DNA of 63,989 nucleotides, filler included, from Circinaria calcarea (lineage: Eukaryota): assembly GCA_051942165.1 (NCBI GenBank). It is 4 parts of 4 records of this genome, joined end to end, with 100 filler letters (N's around TTAATTAATTAA, not from the genome) between each part and the next. Parts side by side here need not be neighbours in the genome. Positions count along the whole stretch, not along the records: positions 48,659 to 63,989 come from JAVECS010000370.1; 3 more parts are not named here. One strand, 5' to 3'. The notes under the pieces are model-generated. The model searched no databases and had not been told where the DNA came from. It was given only the letters and a program-made list of their open reading frames with translations. The first letter of the stretch is position 1; the number at the start of each line of letters is the position of its first letter. Shown here in pieces: positions 49,244-62,266 of the stretch. The position numbers were made by a program, and so were the translations under genes.

Positions 49244-52200
49244 TCAACCACTACACATCATGCACTCCTCTCGATTCTCAATACTACCTGCCAACACACC
49301 ATCAGCCAAGAAGGCCCCGTAAACACACTCATACACACATGTAAGAGATCAAAACTTACAAGCAACAACCTGATCAGCATAAATATCGCTCTCCCGGCTA
49401 ATGCTAACCTCCTCCGCGTCTTCCTCTTGTGCCTTCTTCTTCTCTGTCAGCGCCGGTTCCGGGAGTTCGTCTTTCTCCAGGTTTTCGAGGGGATCTGTCG
49501 CGAGGGTACGTGGGCTGGCGCCGTCGTCGAGATCGGCTTTGAAGGTGGGCAAGACTACGGACTTGGACTTGGACGCCGGAGAGAACTTCTTGGTCTCGGA
49601 AAGAGGGGGCGGTGTGGCGACAGGGGTTGGCATTCCATTGGACGAGTCGGCCATGTTAGTTGGTGGTTTCTGGACGTACATCGGTCTTGGGACGGCGGAA
49701 TGAGAGTTTGAAGAATAACCGTTTGATGCAAGCGACCGCTTCTTGCCAGCCCCTGTTCGAGCAATGTTGGTGTCTGCAACCTTGAGTTGCTCTTGGTCAA
49801 CGGTAAATTGGATAGGTGCAGAGGCAGCCATCGTTCGTAAGTAGTACATGCCCGTCTTGAGTCCGAGCTTCCAGCCTGCGAAATGCATGCTCGTAAGCTT
49901 ACCCATGGTTGGTTCCTTGAGATGGATGTTTAAAGACTGAGATTGATCGATGAACGCTCCGCGGTCGGCGGCCATCTGCACGATAACACGCTGAGGGATC
50001 TCCCACACTGTCTTATATAGGGCCTTAATATCTGCGGGAATATTAGGAATATTTTGTATGGAACCACCATCGGCGATGATGCGATTCTTCATGTTGTCGG
50101 ACCACAGACCCATATCGACCAGGTCTTTGAGGAGCCAGGGGTTCACCACTTGGAATTCGCCAGCCAGAACACGACGGGAGTATATGTTTGATGTGTATGG
50201 CTCGAAACACTCGTTGTTGCCCAGAATTTGACTGGTGCTCGCCGTTGGCATGGGCGCAACAAGCAAACTATTCCGTACACCGTACTTGGAGATATCACGT
50301 TTCAGTCCATCCCAATCCCAGAGGTCAGTAGGTGTCTTATCCCACATGTCGTATTGCAGTATTCCCTTGGAAACTGGTGACCCTTCGTAGGAAGAGTAAG
50401 AGCCATGTATCCTAGCTAACTCGCAAGAAGCAGTCAATGCTGCATGGTAGATAGTTTCAAAGATCTGAATATTTAGATGTTTGGCTTCTGGGGAGTCGAA
50501 CGGAAGGCGTAGTGCAAGGAAAGCATCTGCAAGCCCTTGTACTCCGACCGCAATGGGTCGATGCCTAAAGTTACTCTTCTTCGCCTCTTCGACTGGGTAG
50601 TGGTTGACGTCGATGATCACGTTCAGGTTCCGGACCACGACTTGGGTGACCTCATGTAGCTTCTCAAAGTCGTATTCCCCGCGAGCTGTATCAACATAAG
50701 TAGGCAATGCCATGGAGGCGAGATTGCATACGGCGACTTCATCCGGTGCAGTATATTCCACAATTTCTGTGCAGAGATTTGAGCTTCGTATCGTGCCAAG
50801 GTTCTTCTGGTTACTCTTGCGGTTGCAGGCGTCCTTGTAGAGCATAAAGGGATTACCCGTTTCTGTTTGGGCCTCGAGAATCGAGTACCATAATTTCTGT
50901 GCCTTGATAGTTTTTCGTCCACGACCTTCCATCTCGTATCTGTAGAGCATACTCAGCTTAAGTAATACGTAAGGTGAAGCTATCAGGACGTACCTCTCAT
51001 AAAGCATCTCGAACTCGTCACCATAGACATCCGCCATACCAGGAGCTTCGTTAGGACAGAATAATGTCCAATCTTGATTCTTCTCGACTCGTTTCATAAA
51101 CAGATCAGGTATCCATAGAGCGAAAAAAAGGTCTCGAGCGCGAACTTCTTCTTTTCCGTGGTTCTTCCGTAGGTCCAGGAATTCAAAAACATCTGCATGC
51201 CACGGCTCTAAGTAGATAGCAAAAGCCCCAGGGCGCTTGTTTCCACCTTGATCGACGTATCTAGCAGTGTTGTTGAAGACCCGCAACATGGGTACAATTC
51301 CATTGGAAGAGCCATTGGTGCCCCCGATGTAGGATCCTGTCGCTCGAATGCGGTGTATGTTTAGACCGATACCGCCAGCAGTCTTGGATATCATAGCACA
51401 GGTCTTGAGGGTATCATAGATCCCCTCAATGCTATCTTCCTTCATGTCAATCAAGAAACAGGAGGCCAACTGTGGATTAGGGGTCCCAGCATTGAAGAGA
51501 GTGGGAGATGCGTGCGTGAAATACTTCTGGGACATTAGGTTGTAAGTCTCAATCACCTTTTCGACATTGTCTTCATGGATCCCCACTGCAACACGCATGA
51601 TCATGTGTTGAGGTCGTTCAGCTATTTTGTCGTCAATCCGGAGCAGGTATGATCGCTCCAAGGTCTTGAAGCCAAAGAATTGATAGTTGAAGTCTCGATC
51701 GTAGACGATTGCCGAGTTTAGTTCCTCTGCATGTCTCATGACAATATCATAGGTTTTTTGGGAGATCATGGGGGCCGGTTTATGGTTCTTGGGGTTGATG
51801 TAATGGTAGAGATCCGAGATCACAGAAGAGAACTGCTTCTTCGTTTGCTTGTGGAGGTTGGACAGTGCGATACGGGCAGCAAGGATGGCATAGTCGGGAT
51901 GAGTGACCGTCATGTAAGCAGCAGTCTCGGCCGCCTAAAGAGATTGGTAAGTACAATATACCCCAACTGCGGGGATCTGGGCCCAAACGTATTTCACTTA
52001 CGAGGTTGTCGAGCTCAACTGTAGTAACTCCCTGGTAGACACCCGAGATAACCTTCTGGGTAATTGCGGCAGCATCGACATGGTCAGCATCTAGGCCATA
52101 GCAGAGCCTTGAGACACGAGCAGTGATTTTGTCGAATTGCACACGCTCTTTGCGTCCATCTGCAAGTAACGATTTGCATCAGCAATGAGTCTGGTCACTA

Positions 52201-52246
52201 AATTGCCATGCAGTGTTGAATACTTACCACGCTTCCAAACGAACAT
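49244..52246 (-). CDS. RNR1: Ribonucleoside-diphosphate reductase large subunit (class Ia); multi-exon
   Basis: [22 protein letters not shown] (ATP cone), [43 protein letters not shown] and the C-terminal [14 protein letters not shown]. Confidence 0.98.
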
Positions 52247-52406
52247 CTTGAGATTTAAAACCAGCACAAGGCGGTAATGAAAGAGGATAAGGTGGTGTTT
52301 GATTCTAGCTACTCAATCAAAGCGTAAGAATAAAAAATAGTCTTGAAGAGCGCAGAGAAACTGGTGTTGCAAGACGACGGAGAGGCGAGAATCTATTACA
52401 AGTTGG

Positions 52407-52448
52407 ACGCGAGCGTGTTAAGTGATTTCGCGTAAGCCAAACACGAAA
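52407..52448. promoter_or_regulatory. Putative MCB/SCB (G1/S) elements upstream of RNR1
   Basis: ACGCG at 52407, TTTCGCGT (reverse complement ACGCGAAA) at 52426-52433 and CACGAAA at 52442, all 160-200 bp upstream of the ATG. Fungal RNR1 is a known MBF target. Confidence 0.6.
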
Positions 52449-53049
52449 AGTGGACTTTACTATATGCGGTTAAAGGATTATCTCCGCAGCTTTTGTATTA
52501 TTCTACGACAACCAGAATCTCTACTTTAATCCACCGGACGGATTTAACCCCGGTTCGATCAACATCCAGCAGGACAACCTTTTTGAAAATTTGTACAGGT
52601 ACGTGGAAGAATTACACTCATCTGTTCTCTTCTCGATGGAAGGGGTTTAGCTGCTGCCAGTAAGAACGGATTTTTTCATCGAAGGTGGGGAAGGAATTTG
52701 GGTATTTGTTACTCATATTATAAGTATTGTACTATAGGGTATTTATCATCAATGGCTTGGCGGCTCTGTTGGGTGGGAATAAGGAATTCATACTGCACTA
52801 TCCAGTACCTGTTCTCGAAAGTCATGAGATGGCCGCAAACCCCTATTATTGTGATCAGTATCAGAGTAGTCTCTGCTCATGAATGCCAGTTTCAAAGGTA
52901 GTCAAAGCCTAGTACTGCCCGAAATATAATATAACACTACCAAAATATATACCATCATCTTGCTATGTCTAACAACTCGTCGTGGCCGCTCACAGTCCAC
53001 ACTTAGGCTCCACTATTGTTGACCTCATTCGCAGAGAATCCTGTTCGAC

Positions 53050-54320
53050 CTATGACGAGGTCAAACTATCATTTCTCTTGTTGGGACTCTCGGTCCATGT
53101 TATATCATGTCGTACCATTATAGACCGGAGATGCATGTCATCTGGGCTAGGGTTGCCAACCGTCGGGGTTGACGGACGTTCCTTTGCGAGCCCGCCCTTG
53201 TCAACCTCTGGTTTTGCACCGTTCACATTTGACTTGGGAATATGCTGAAACTGCCGGAGATTACTCTGCGATCTCTCGTGCGAGCTGCGGTTGGAGCGGA
53301 AGTTGTTGTGGAAGCTACTGCGAAGCTGCTCCCAGTGGATGCGTATGTTGAGGAAGGGGGTCATAGTAGGAAGACAGGCAGAGAGGATTTTGACGGCCGG
53401 CTCAATTAAAGACCAGTCACCTATTTCAGTTGAGTCTACAGTGTAGTTGTCAGTTTTGTGTCTGACGGCGGGCCATTGCTAATGAGAGCAGCGAAGCAAT
53501 AGTCATTAGAAACTTACATGTTATATCTGGCTGGTTGATCCTTGTAATCAGAATGGCCAACCGAACGATTGCAATTATTACGGAAGTATGGCAAGTTATC
53601 AAAGCTTATTTGGTTAAACTACGCAATGAATACTTACAAGCCACCAAGCAGGAAAATTGTTCCCACACTTATTTTTTTGCCCCTTGAAAGCTGGAGGTGA
53701 TACACCGCTGACATGGGCAAAGCTAAGATGACGGCATCTAAGATGATGTTGGGCACCTGCATGAAAATGAAGAAAGTCAAAAAGTTGATACAACTACCCA
53801 AAGAAGCTCGAACTCCCAGGCCTTTTGGACGGGCTTGCACAGAAAGGCGCCTAGGAAGTTGTTGATAAGGAGCCAGATGATTACAAAGATTCCAACGATA
53901 AGAGTCCATCGACGGAACTTAGGTATTGAGAAGACTCGCCGATAGAAGAGAAGTACCGAAACCTTGACTAGGGTGATAGAGACACCATAGAGCTAGGACG
54001 AAATACAAATAGTCTACAACGGTTAGCCAAATAAGTAGATAAGAAGAGCAGCGTATAAAAAGCTAAGTATATACCTTGAGATAATTCACAATATCATTAG
54101 GACTGAGGGTGGTTATGTGCTTTCCGTCACGGTAACGTATAGCTCAACAGGCGAGAATGTTAGCATTTTCTTTCATCTCTATTAATAATATTACCAAGCT
54201 TACAAAATGGATAAATGATAGCGTCGCCGTCAACGAAGAGCTAAGATACAAAGTTAAATCATAATAAATTAATATTCCGTCAAAATGAACTGGACTCACA
54301 GCGGCTAAAACAAGCGGTCT
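53050..54320 (-). pseudogene. PTH11-like rhodopsin-domain membrane protein pseudogene
   Basis: GKHITTL, VKVSVLLFYRRVF, CKPVQKAW, NIILDAVILALP, FLLGG and WSLIEPAVKILSACLP. Lesions: in-frame TAG (53993-53995), a frameshift at ~53800, an acceptor reading 'ac' at ~53586, and no clear first TM exon. Confidence 0.8.
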
Positions 54321-54493
54321 CGAAGCCAAGGGACACGAATCTCGGCCCGGCCGATGTCATTACAGCTTCCGATAATGCAAAGGGTTTTTGAAATCTACGA
54401 AGTAGGTAGTACTCCCCAAGATTGTGTTTAAAAACAAGTGGAAATTTGGTTTATTTATATGCTTCTGTACTTCATTGAGTCTCGGGATTCATC

Positions 54494-55687
54494 ATGAGTC
54501 AATCAGAGGCGTACATGCTGGCAAGAGATAACAAGGAGTCCAAACGCCTAGACTTCCAGCACGAATTCATGCGGCATTTAGGACATGGCAATATCCTCCA
54601 TCCGTCGATTCCCCGTGGCGAGCTTCGGGCAGTTGCGGACCTCGGGACGGGCACAGGAGTCTGGATCAACGAGATAGCAGAAACCTTCCAGGCCTCCACA
54701 GCTGGGGATACTGGCAAATTCGAGTTTGTTGGATTTGATATTTCGCCGCAGCAGTTTCCGGCCAGCGCCAACAGCTCTCCCGGTGTTGACTTTGTCGTCC
54801 ATGACATGACAACTCGGTTTCCAGAGAAATACCACGGCGTTTTTGATCTTGTCAATATCAGGTTCATGTCCTATGCTTTGAAGGCACAAGACCTGCAAAT
54901 TGCTTTGGAGTCGGTCATAGAAATCCTACGTAAGAATAAAATTTTTCAGTGTGCTGGGACACAATGAGGCTGATGGAATTCTTTCGCAGGGCCGGGCGGC
55001 TACCTTCATTGGCAGGAAATCGATATCGTTGACGTATGGGCAACACCGTCGACCCCCAACGTTCGAGATGCGATCACCCCTGTTGTTCTGGAGAAAGTGG
55101 CCAGGGGCTTGATTCATCCGTATTACTCTCAAGCTCCCTCTATATCATTCACCCAATATGCGCTGCTAATTAGCAGTGAGCTGATTTTCTTCTGATCATC
55201 CAGGTTTCCCATAAAAATCGTGAAGGCAATGCTATCACTTTCCATTGGGACCCCGACTACAGACGGTACAAGCTCAGTAAAAGAGCCTGTCGGAAAGCTG
55301 AATCCTATTACCTGGACAAATGATCTTCTCCGCATCTCGTCTCTGGAGACCGTATCCACCCAGCGACACCCATCCTCCAAAGTTCAGGCTGAGAAAAACA
55401 TCGTTGGGCTGGCTGTGAACACCCAGCTATTATCATCAGCTGCCGTTCGAAAGAAGGCTCTGGCAGCGGAACATGAGACGACAGAAGAGGATAAAATGGC
55501 TTTACTGCAGGAGGCACAAGTAAACGAAGACATTGCGAAAGCTATCGGCAAAGAGGTTACGGATGGGATAGCCACTTGGGATGCCGACATGACATGGATT
55601 GTTGCAAGGAAGGCAATTGTTGTAGCACAAAATGAGGACTGGATGACAGCCAGGCGCCGCTACCAAGACTTTCAATCATTATCATAG
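54494..55687 (+). CDS. Class I SAM-dependent methyltransferase (LaeA-like family); 3 exons
   Basis: YMLARDNKESKRLDFQH, VADLGTGTGVW, GFDISPQQFP, FDLVNIR and L|RPGGYLHWQE. Confidence 0.88.
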
Positions 55688-57453
55688 CTGGCCGCCTTTT
55701 TACCGTCCACAAACCCGTTTGTCAAAGCCACAACAGACTAGATATAGATTTTCAAAGCCATAAATCCTAGGTTGTTATCCAAAATCGTGACTTCTATCTA
55801 TATCCATTCTTCCATCACTAAGCGGCTTTACTCGTGCCCATATAGATAACCACCGTAGGCCATCCGAAGGTAGTGTTTCCCTGATATCCAAGTCCATAGT
55901 GTGGGTGGTACCAGAATAGCGAGGCCAACTATCGTGCTCGTGAAGGATGCTCCCTTTGGCCGCTCTGAGAGCGCGTGTCACCATACCTTGTACTCTCATT
56001 TCGAAAATTCTTGCACATTTGCGGCCACTGGTTTTCGCTACGGAGCCTAGACCAGGGTTCGTGAATTTTTTATAAAAGCACGTAAGAGATGTTTACTCAT
56101 CCATAATGCTAGTATGAAGTGACCTAGCTGCTGGCACGACCAAATTTAAAGTGTGTCAGCATCTTGAGTAACGAAACTGGCTGGAGTGTCATCTGGTGGG
56201 AAGCTAAAGTACATCTGCTAGAGTACAGCACATAGTCCGTGGAGTGTGAAACATCCTGGGCGGGTTGCATGTTCATATTACTGGACGTGTGTGTTAGCTC
56301 AAGGCTGGAACAAGGCGGCATGTACTTTACATAGCAGCCGGTCTGGACAACAACTGAGCCTCAATGGACAGCCAATGGAGGGAATGGACTGAGCGCTTTC
56401 ATTCCGTACTGTGCCTTGCTCACCATATCCATAGTAGTGGTCCGGATGGCCATTTGCCTTGCAGGGGTGAGATCGGAGGGGTTTCACTGCAACGGCAACC
56501 GAGTTTAGCGGGCACGATGCATTATTGCCTGGAGTGCCGATGGTCAAGTCTATTTTGCAGAGTGTGTTGGTTTTTCGACTAATGAGAACATGGTCACGCA
56601 GCCTAGGAAACACTGCCTCGGACATGCATGCTGTACGGAGTTTTGGTGTGGTAAAACAACAATGGCAGGCACATGCAACATCCCTCTACCTGCAATCAGT
56701 TGTTTGAAATTGTTTCCCGCGAAATCCAGGGCGGCGCAAGATTAAAAGGCAAGCATTCTAACCACCGGGTGCTAGCTTCAGCGGGATAGTGAGCAGTCGG
56801 ACCGGATGGTGACTGGTCAAAGTGCCCGACTGGTCAAAATGCTAGTGAAATGTTCCTACTGTGGTCAGGCTCGCGGTAATGACGCCATATAATTCTCCCC
56901 ACCTAATTCTACGCAATACAACGACATTTTTCCACTACACCACATAAAATTTCTATGCAAAATGCCAAGGGAACGTCGAGTCACCTCTCCTATTCTTGAA
57001 ATCATGAATTCAATCACGAATTTCCTACACCTACTAAGTAATTGTATGTGGTGTTGCGTAGGATTTAGGTGGGGCGGAGTTTTGGTATGCTGTCACCCGC
57101 GTGGGCGTATCAACCAAGACTGCATAGGAATCTACAGTCTCCTTCCCTCTTGTCAATCAATGGGCACAGAAAGGGGGTGTCCTCCTAGTACGTAAGGCGT
57201 ACCGAATAGCCTTATCAATGAGTGCCTGTTGCACCAAAGCCTGCTGATCCAGGCCGCAAAGAATGGCACAAAGTACTGGACAGCCGAATTGCTGTCTGTC
57301 TATTACGCCGTAGCTGAAAATGGCCGGATGTTCACTTGGTCTGCTACTCTACTTTTTTCGTGATTACTTTTGGTGGCAAGTATTCGAATACTGCTCCGTT
57401 CTTTGGCTTTCTTGCCAGAAGCACGTAGTATTCTCTCCTATTGTCGTCAAAAC

Positions 57454-59161
57454 ATGGTGTTCGATATTTTACTGACGGATACGGGATTACAACTGACCAT
57501 CTTACCGGTCTCCTTATTGTTTCTTGTTAGTCTGTATGCTTTCTACTATACTACGTCTGCTGATTTGAGCTCCAGGCCTTTCTCTACGTTGTTGTACTTG
57601 CCATCCGAAATATCTATTTCCACCCCCTTAGTCACTTTCCCGGTCCTAGGGCCTTTGCAGCGTCAAGATTACCATATGTCTACTCAACTCTAAGTGGACA
57701 GGTCGCAGGAAACTTTAAAAGACTTCATGATAAATATGGTCCAGTTGTACGTACGGCCCCTAACGAGCTTTCCTTCATCGAACCTTCAGTCTGGAAGACT
57801 ATTTACACTCAGCGTCAATCGAGACATGCAAAATTTCAGAAAAACTACGACACATTCCATGAGAATCAAAGCGACCTTTCTCACTCCATTTTTATAGCAG
57901 ATGATGCCGATCATTTGCGGATGAGAAAAGTTCTCGCCCACGCTTTCTCGGAGCGTGCTCTCCGAGAGCAAGAACCTCTCATTCAGGCACATGTGGATAG
58001 CTTAATCCAGGAGCTTTATGAAGAAACGGCCAAGATGAATCGCCAGCTCGATCTCGTTAAATGGTACAACTGGGTTGCGTTTGATATTGTAGCCGACCTT
58101 GCCTTCGGAGAACCTTTTGACTGCTTAAAGGACAGTCAATACCGTCACTGGGTCGTACTTCTGTCGAAAGCGTGGAAGGTCTTCGCCTATGTTAGCGCCT
58201 TCAAAAGCATCTGTCCATCATCAACGCTCTTACGATTCTTGGTCCCAAAATCTTTGATTCAAAAGCAACTTGACAATTTCAACATTGTTTTAGATCGAGT
58301 AAGAAAACGCAGCGCTCTGCATAGTGAGCGCCCCGATTTCATCTCGTGTATAGTTCGACACAATAATGATAAAGGCATGACCGGCACAGAAATTGTCTCG
58401 AACGCCAGCCTCTTAATCGCTGCAGGAACAGAAACTGTAGCAACTCTTCTTCCGGCTGCGACATATCTCCTGGCCGCTAACCCTCGAGTCCTGGAATGAG
58501 TTACCGCCGAGGTCCGGAAATCATTCCAAGAAGAGGAATCGATCACCATACAGAGCGTCAATGAGCTGGATTATCTGCCGGCAGTCATTAACGAAGCGTT
58601 GAGATTGTTCCCGCCTGTGCCTGAGGGCTTACCCCGCCTCACGCCATCGGAAGGAGCCCTTCTCTCTGACTATTGGGTTCCTGGCGGAGTCAGTCTTACC
58701 GCAACTCGGGTACCAGACCGATGCTAATGAAAAGGCTAGACTTTTGTTCAGATCAGTCCCTACGCAGCCAATCTGTCGCCGGATAACTTCTCACGACCAG
58801 ATTCTTTCATCCCTGAACGCTGGCTGAGTGATAGTACTAGCTTTGCTACGGACAGGAAGCAGGTACACCAGCCCTTCTCGACAGGTCCCCGGAACTGCAT
58901 TGGGCAAAAGTCAGTCAAACGCTCCCTTGTCCCTTGCGTTGTAACTAAACCACTTTTGGTAGTCTAGCTCAAGCTGAAATGCGACTAATCATTGCGAAGT
59001 TGCTGTGGAATTTCGAAATACAGTATACAGGGAATGGCGATTGGATGAATCAACCAACCTATATGCTGTGGCAAAAGAAACCGCTTATGATGAAGCTTAC
59101 ACCTGCAAGGCACAGATGTATATATCGTGGATGCGGATACGATGCTACTCAAGTCTCGTGA
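57454..59161 (+). pseudogene. Cytochrome P450 (secondary-metabolism type, CYP65/CYP60-like) with one in-frame TGA at 58497-58499
   Basis: FHPLSHFPGP, LHDKYGPVVRTAPNELSF, AFSERALREQE, FDIVADLAFGEPF, I-helix AGTET, then LE*VTAEVR, EALRLFPPVP, FIPERW and the heme motif PFSTGPRNCIG. Confidence 0.85.
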
Positions 59162-59902
59162 CTGCAAGTTTCAGTGACTAAAGCAATCAGAAAAGGGACG
59201 CCGAGTCATTATAATCCGTTGTACAACACAGAATAACAGAAGTCACAATGAATAATACCAAATAATCCAATCCTAGGCTGACGAGTATCCGGAACTTCCA
59301 AGGTCATAGCCGATTTTTGGTTTCTCGGGTCCTCCTATCCCAGCAGCATCTATAGGTCCAGGCTTGTGTGGTTGTTGAGCTCTCTTTTTACAACGTGTTT
59401 TCTCATTCTGCCCCCGTGACACCTGACCGTACTATTCCCGATACTGGAGCATCTTTGTATCCTGTGGCACTTTTCTAAGCGTTGGAATGTTGCCTTGATT
59501 TGCAACATATCTATGAGACTACACGAGCTCCTCGTAACGATAAGTCCTTGGTGTCTGACAGACGGCCTTTGTGTAGCTGACTGGTCTTCCTGAGTTACAT
59601 GCAAAGGGGGTATAGAAGAATCCCACCTGGTTACACCCTTGCTTCAGAGCCAGTATATGCAGGGGTACTCCGACTTTCGACGATACTCCTCTTATTGCCT
59701 CAATCGGCAAGTCGACAAGCAAGAGTACAAGGCAGAATCCTGTTACAGGCTCAATAGGCTCACGGCGAACCATGGTTCTCGATAAGCAGCGTCAAACTAG
59801 TTTATGCAGGGGTGGAACGACATTCGATGATCGTTTCTTGCAATGTCCAAATAGGGATAGCTGGAATTAACTGCTCTGTTTGCCAACCGCTAAATCGTTT
59901 AA

Positions 59903-61168
59903 TCATCCACCTGTTGCCTCTCTGTAGAACGAAATACTCCTGTTCGCCCCTGCCGTAGCAAACAATTCATTCTTCCCGGTCTTCGGCAACCACTTGACAC
60001 TCCAGACCGTCTTTTCCGTCTCCGTATGCGTGGCGACACATGAACGCAAGTCAATCGACCAGACTTTGGTCTTGCCATCAAACGCCCTACGGTAGAATTT
60101 TTAGAAAGAGGGGATAGCATTAAGGAATCAAAGGAACCCACCCGCTCAGAAGATATTCCCCGGTATCGCTCCAGTCCAAAGAAAAAATCCAGGCGCCGTG
60201 TCCCATCATGTTTGCGACCTGTTCGCCAGAGGATACGTCGTATAGCGCAATGACGCGAGCATCCCCGGCCGCAGCCAATAGCTTGCCTCCGGGAGAGAAG
60301 GCGACGGCGCGAACTGGTTTGACGAGTCCTGATTGCTATCAGAAAGAATAAATCGTTATAATTGTGGTAGAGTCATACCAGGCAACGAATGCGACATTCT
60401 ACCGGAATCGTTGTTGAATATATAGACTTCCCCGTTCTTGTGTCCTGAAGCCGTGAACCTACCATCTACCGACTGTAATGGTAACTCAGCACTCAAAATA
60501 GTAATGCAAAAAACGAGGGTGTTTTACCAGGTCGATAGCCAACCCAAAGCTGCCTTTGGTTTCATACTCCCGTATCTTCTGCCGTCCGGCAAGAGTATCC
60601 CAGACATTGATCCGACCATCGTACGTCGTGCTCGCAAGGTACTGACCGTCCTCCGATAAAGCTATCGCCCAGACCTCACCTGCCTGGCTTCCATCTGTAT
60701 GTATCGTAAATATCAGTCCTTGACCAACGAACCGAAATCTCACAATGAAGCCAAATAAACCCGCACCTACAATATTGCCCTCCTCAGCCCATTGTTCATC
60801 TTGCACGGTCCATAACTTGACGTCTCCTTCAAAGCCGGCGCTGGCGACCTTTTTCCCGTTCTTGCTCGCTGCGAGGTGGTGGCACCCGAGCTTGTGGGCT
60901 CCCTCGATGGTTTGCTGGAGGGGGAAGTCGGGGTCGGTCGTTGAGTGGGCTTTCAAGGATGAGGAGCCGGAAGCGGAAAGGATCTGGGTGGGGGTGACGG
61001 CGAGAGAGAAGATGTCGGTGATGTGAGCTGCGATTCAGTTTAGAGAGCTGGAAGGCAGAGCGGTGGAGGAGGTACCTACCATCGTCAACTGTGTGGGTTG
61101 TTAGGTACTGCTTTGACTGCGGTAACGTCAGATGAGGCTGTTAGCATCCATAAGATGCGGCTTACCAT
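59903..61168 (-). CDS. SKI8: WD40 protein Ski8/Rec14; multi-exon
   Basis: ATG|SKQYLTTHTVDD|AHITDIFSLAVT, AHKLGCHHLA, LASTTYDGRINVWD, ETKGSFG, LVKPVRAVAFSPGG and AGANRSISFYREATGG*. Confidence 0.9.
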
Positions 61169-61500
61169 TTCTACTGGTCAAGTTGTGAGAGAAGAAGTAA
61201 ATGAGCCGGGAACTCTTTCTCCGATTAGACTTGATTGATGGTTTAGGGCAACAAATTACGCGAGTTGTAAAGGCATTTTGGCAAGTTTAGGGATATTTAT
61301 GCTTTGCAAAGTATCAGCTATCAGATACCAAGAGCAGCCACTCTATGATTGTATGATCGATGTAGACCGGCCAAACAGATCACAATATAATTCAGTCCCT
61401 TTGAACAGAGCCTCCTAACCATTCCGCCCATCCCCTAACGCCTCGCTCGATGCTCAATAGTTACCCCACGCACAACGTCCCCTACGCCTTGTAAAAGTGG

Positions 61501-61976
61501 TTATGAGTCCAGCTTCGTGCTCTCCTCCTTCGGCTTCTCCTTGCCTAGCCACATATCTCGAATCTCTGTCAACTCGTTACCACCACTTCACTGTCCTCCA
61601 TAGGATAGACCCTACCTCGAACGCAATATGGGCAAAGAAGATGAGCCCTTTTCACGTTCCCACAAGCGGAGCACTTGTTGAGATTCGTCACGTCCTTCAA
61701 TGCCTTGCCTGCCATGAACCTTGAGCGCTTCTTACTGTGTGATGTTTTCTTCTTCGGTACAGCGCGCAGAATCGACTCCCATATATCCGAAAGCAATGAT
61801 GGGAGATTCAGATTTACAGCCGAGGGTATCACTATTGAGGGTATAGTGAGAATTGGTAAACAGAGCTGTCTCGAGACAACGGAGATCGTTTGGAGTGGGT
61901 GTATAGGTCTGATGAAGGCAAGCCGAGGAGCTGTCGCGCGCAGAAAAAGTGGTAGAACCTGTTGCCGGAGCGTCAT
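61501..61976 (-). CDS. MRPL32: Mitochondrial large-subunit ribosomal protein bL32m
   Basis: WESILRAVPKKKTSHSKKRSR...LNKCSACGNVKRAHLLCPYCV, with last exon EIRDMW...*. Confidence 0.92.
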
Positions 61977-62266
61977 GATTGGGATGATACACATGTGCAA
62001 ATTGTTGTGGAACGTCAATTCAACCAAAAATACCAAACATTGTAGAATGTTGATACTCATAGCGTTGGAACGTTTCCAAGCTCGTTACCCCGGATTACGC
62101 TAAGCCCTGCAGGTCAAGAAACAAACCCCTTTCGCCAAAAGTTCGGGGATGCTTTCCAACGTCTCGGATTTGAGCTTTACTACAGACACGAGAATCTTTT
62201 TTTACGGAAGCATAGGACCATAAAGAGGCATACTCGAAGCTTCGAGGAATACACCCCGCTTGGAGA

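Noticed and set aside
50940..50993. Apparent 18-aa insertion in RNR1 ([18 protein letters not shown]); possible intein or novel loop
   Set aside because: It is a 54-nt GT-AG intron (gtacgt...ctgag...tacag) that happens to be in frame and stop-free. There are no intein motifs.
52540..52570. GGTTCGATC T-loop-like motif (tRNA)
   Set aside because: No cloverleaf stems or A-box could be built around it.
16279..54320. Two PTH11-like genes as a linked family cluster
   Set aside because: They are on different contigs separated by artificial spacers, and the family is large in these fungi.
55820..55930. FWYHPHY motif suggestive of a multicopper oxidase relic
   Set aside because: A single short motif bounded by stops, with no other copper-binding motif nearby. 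It could be chance.
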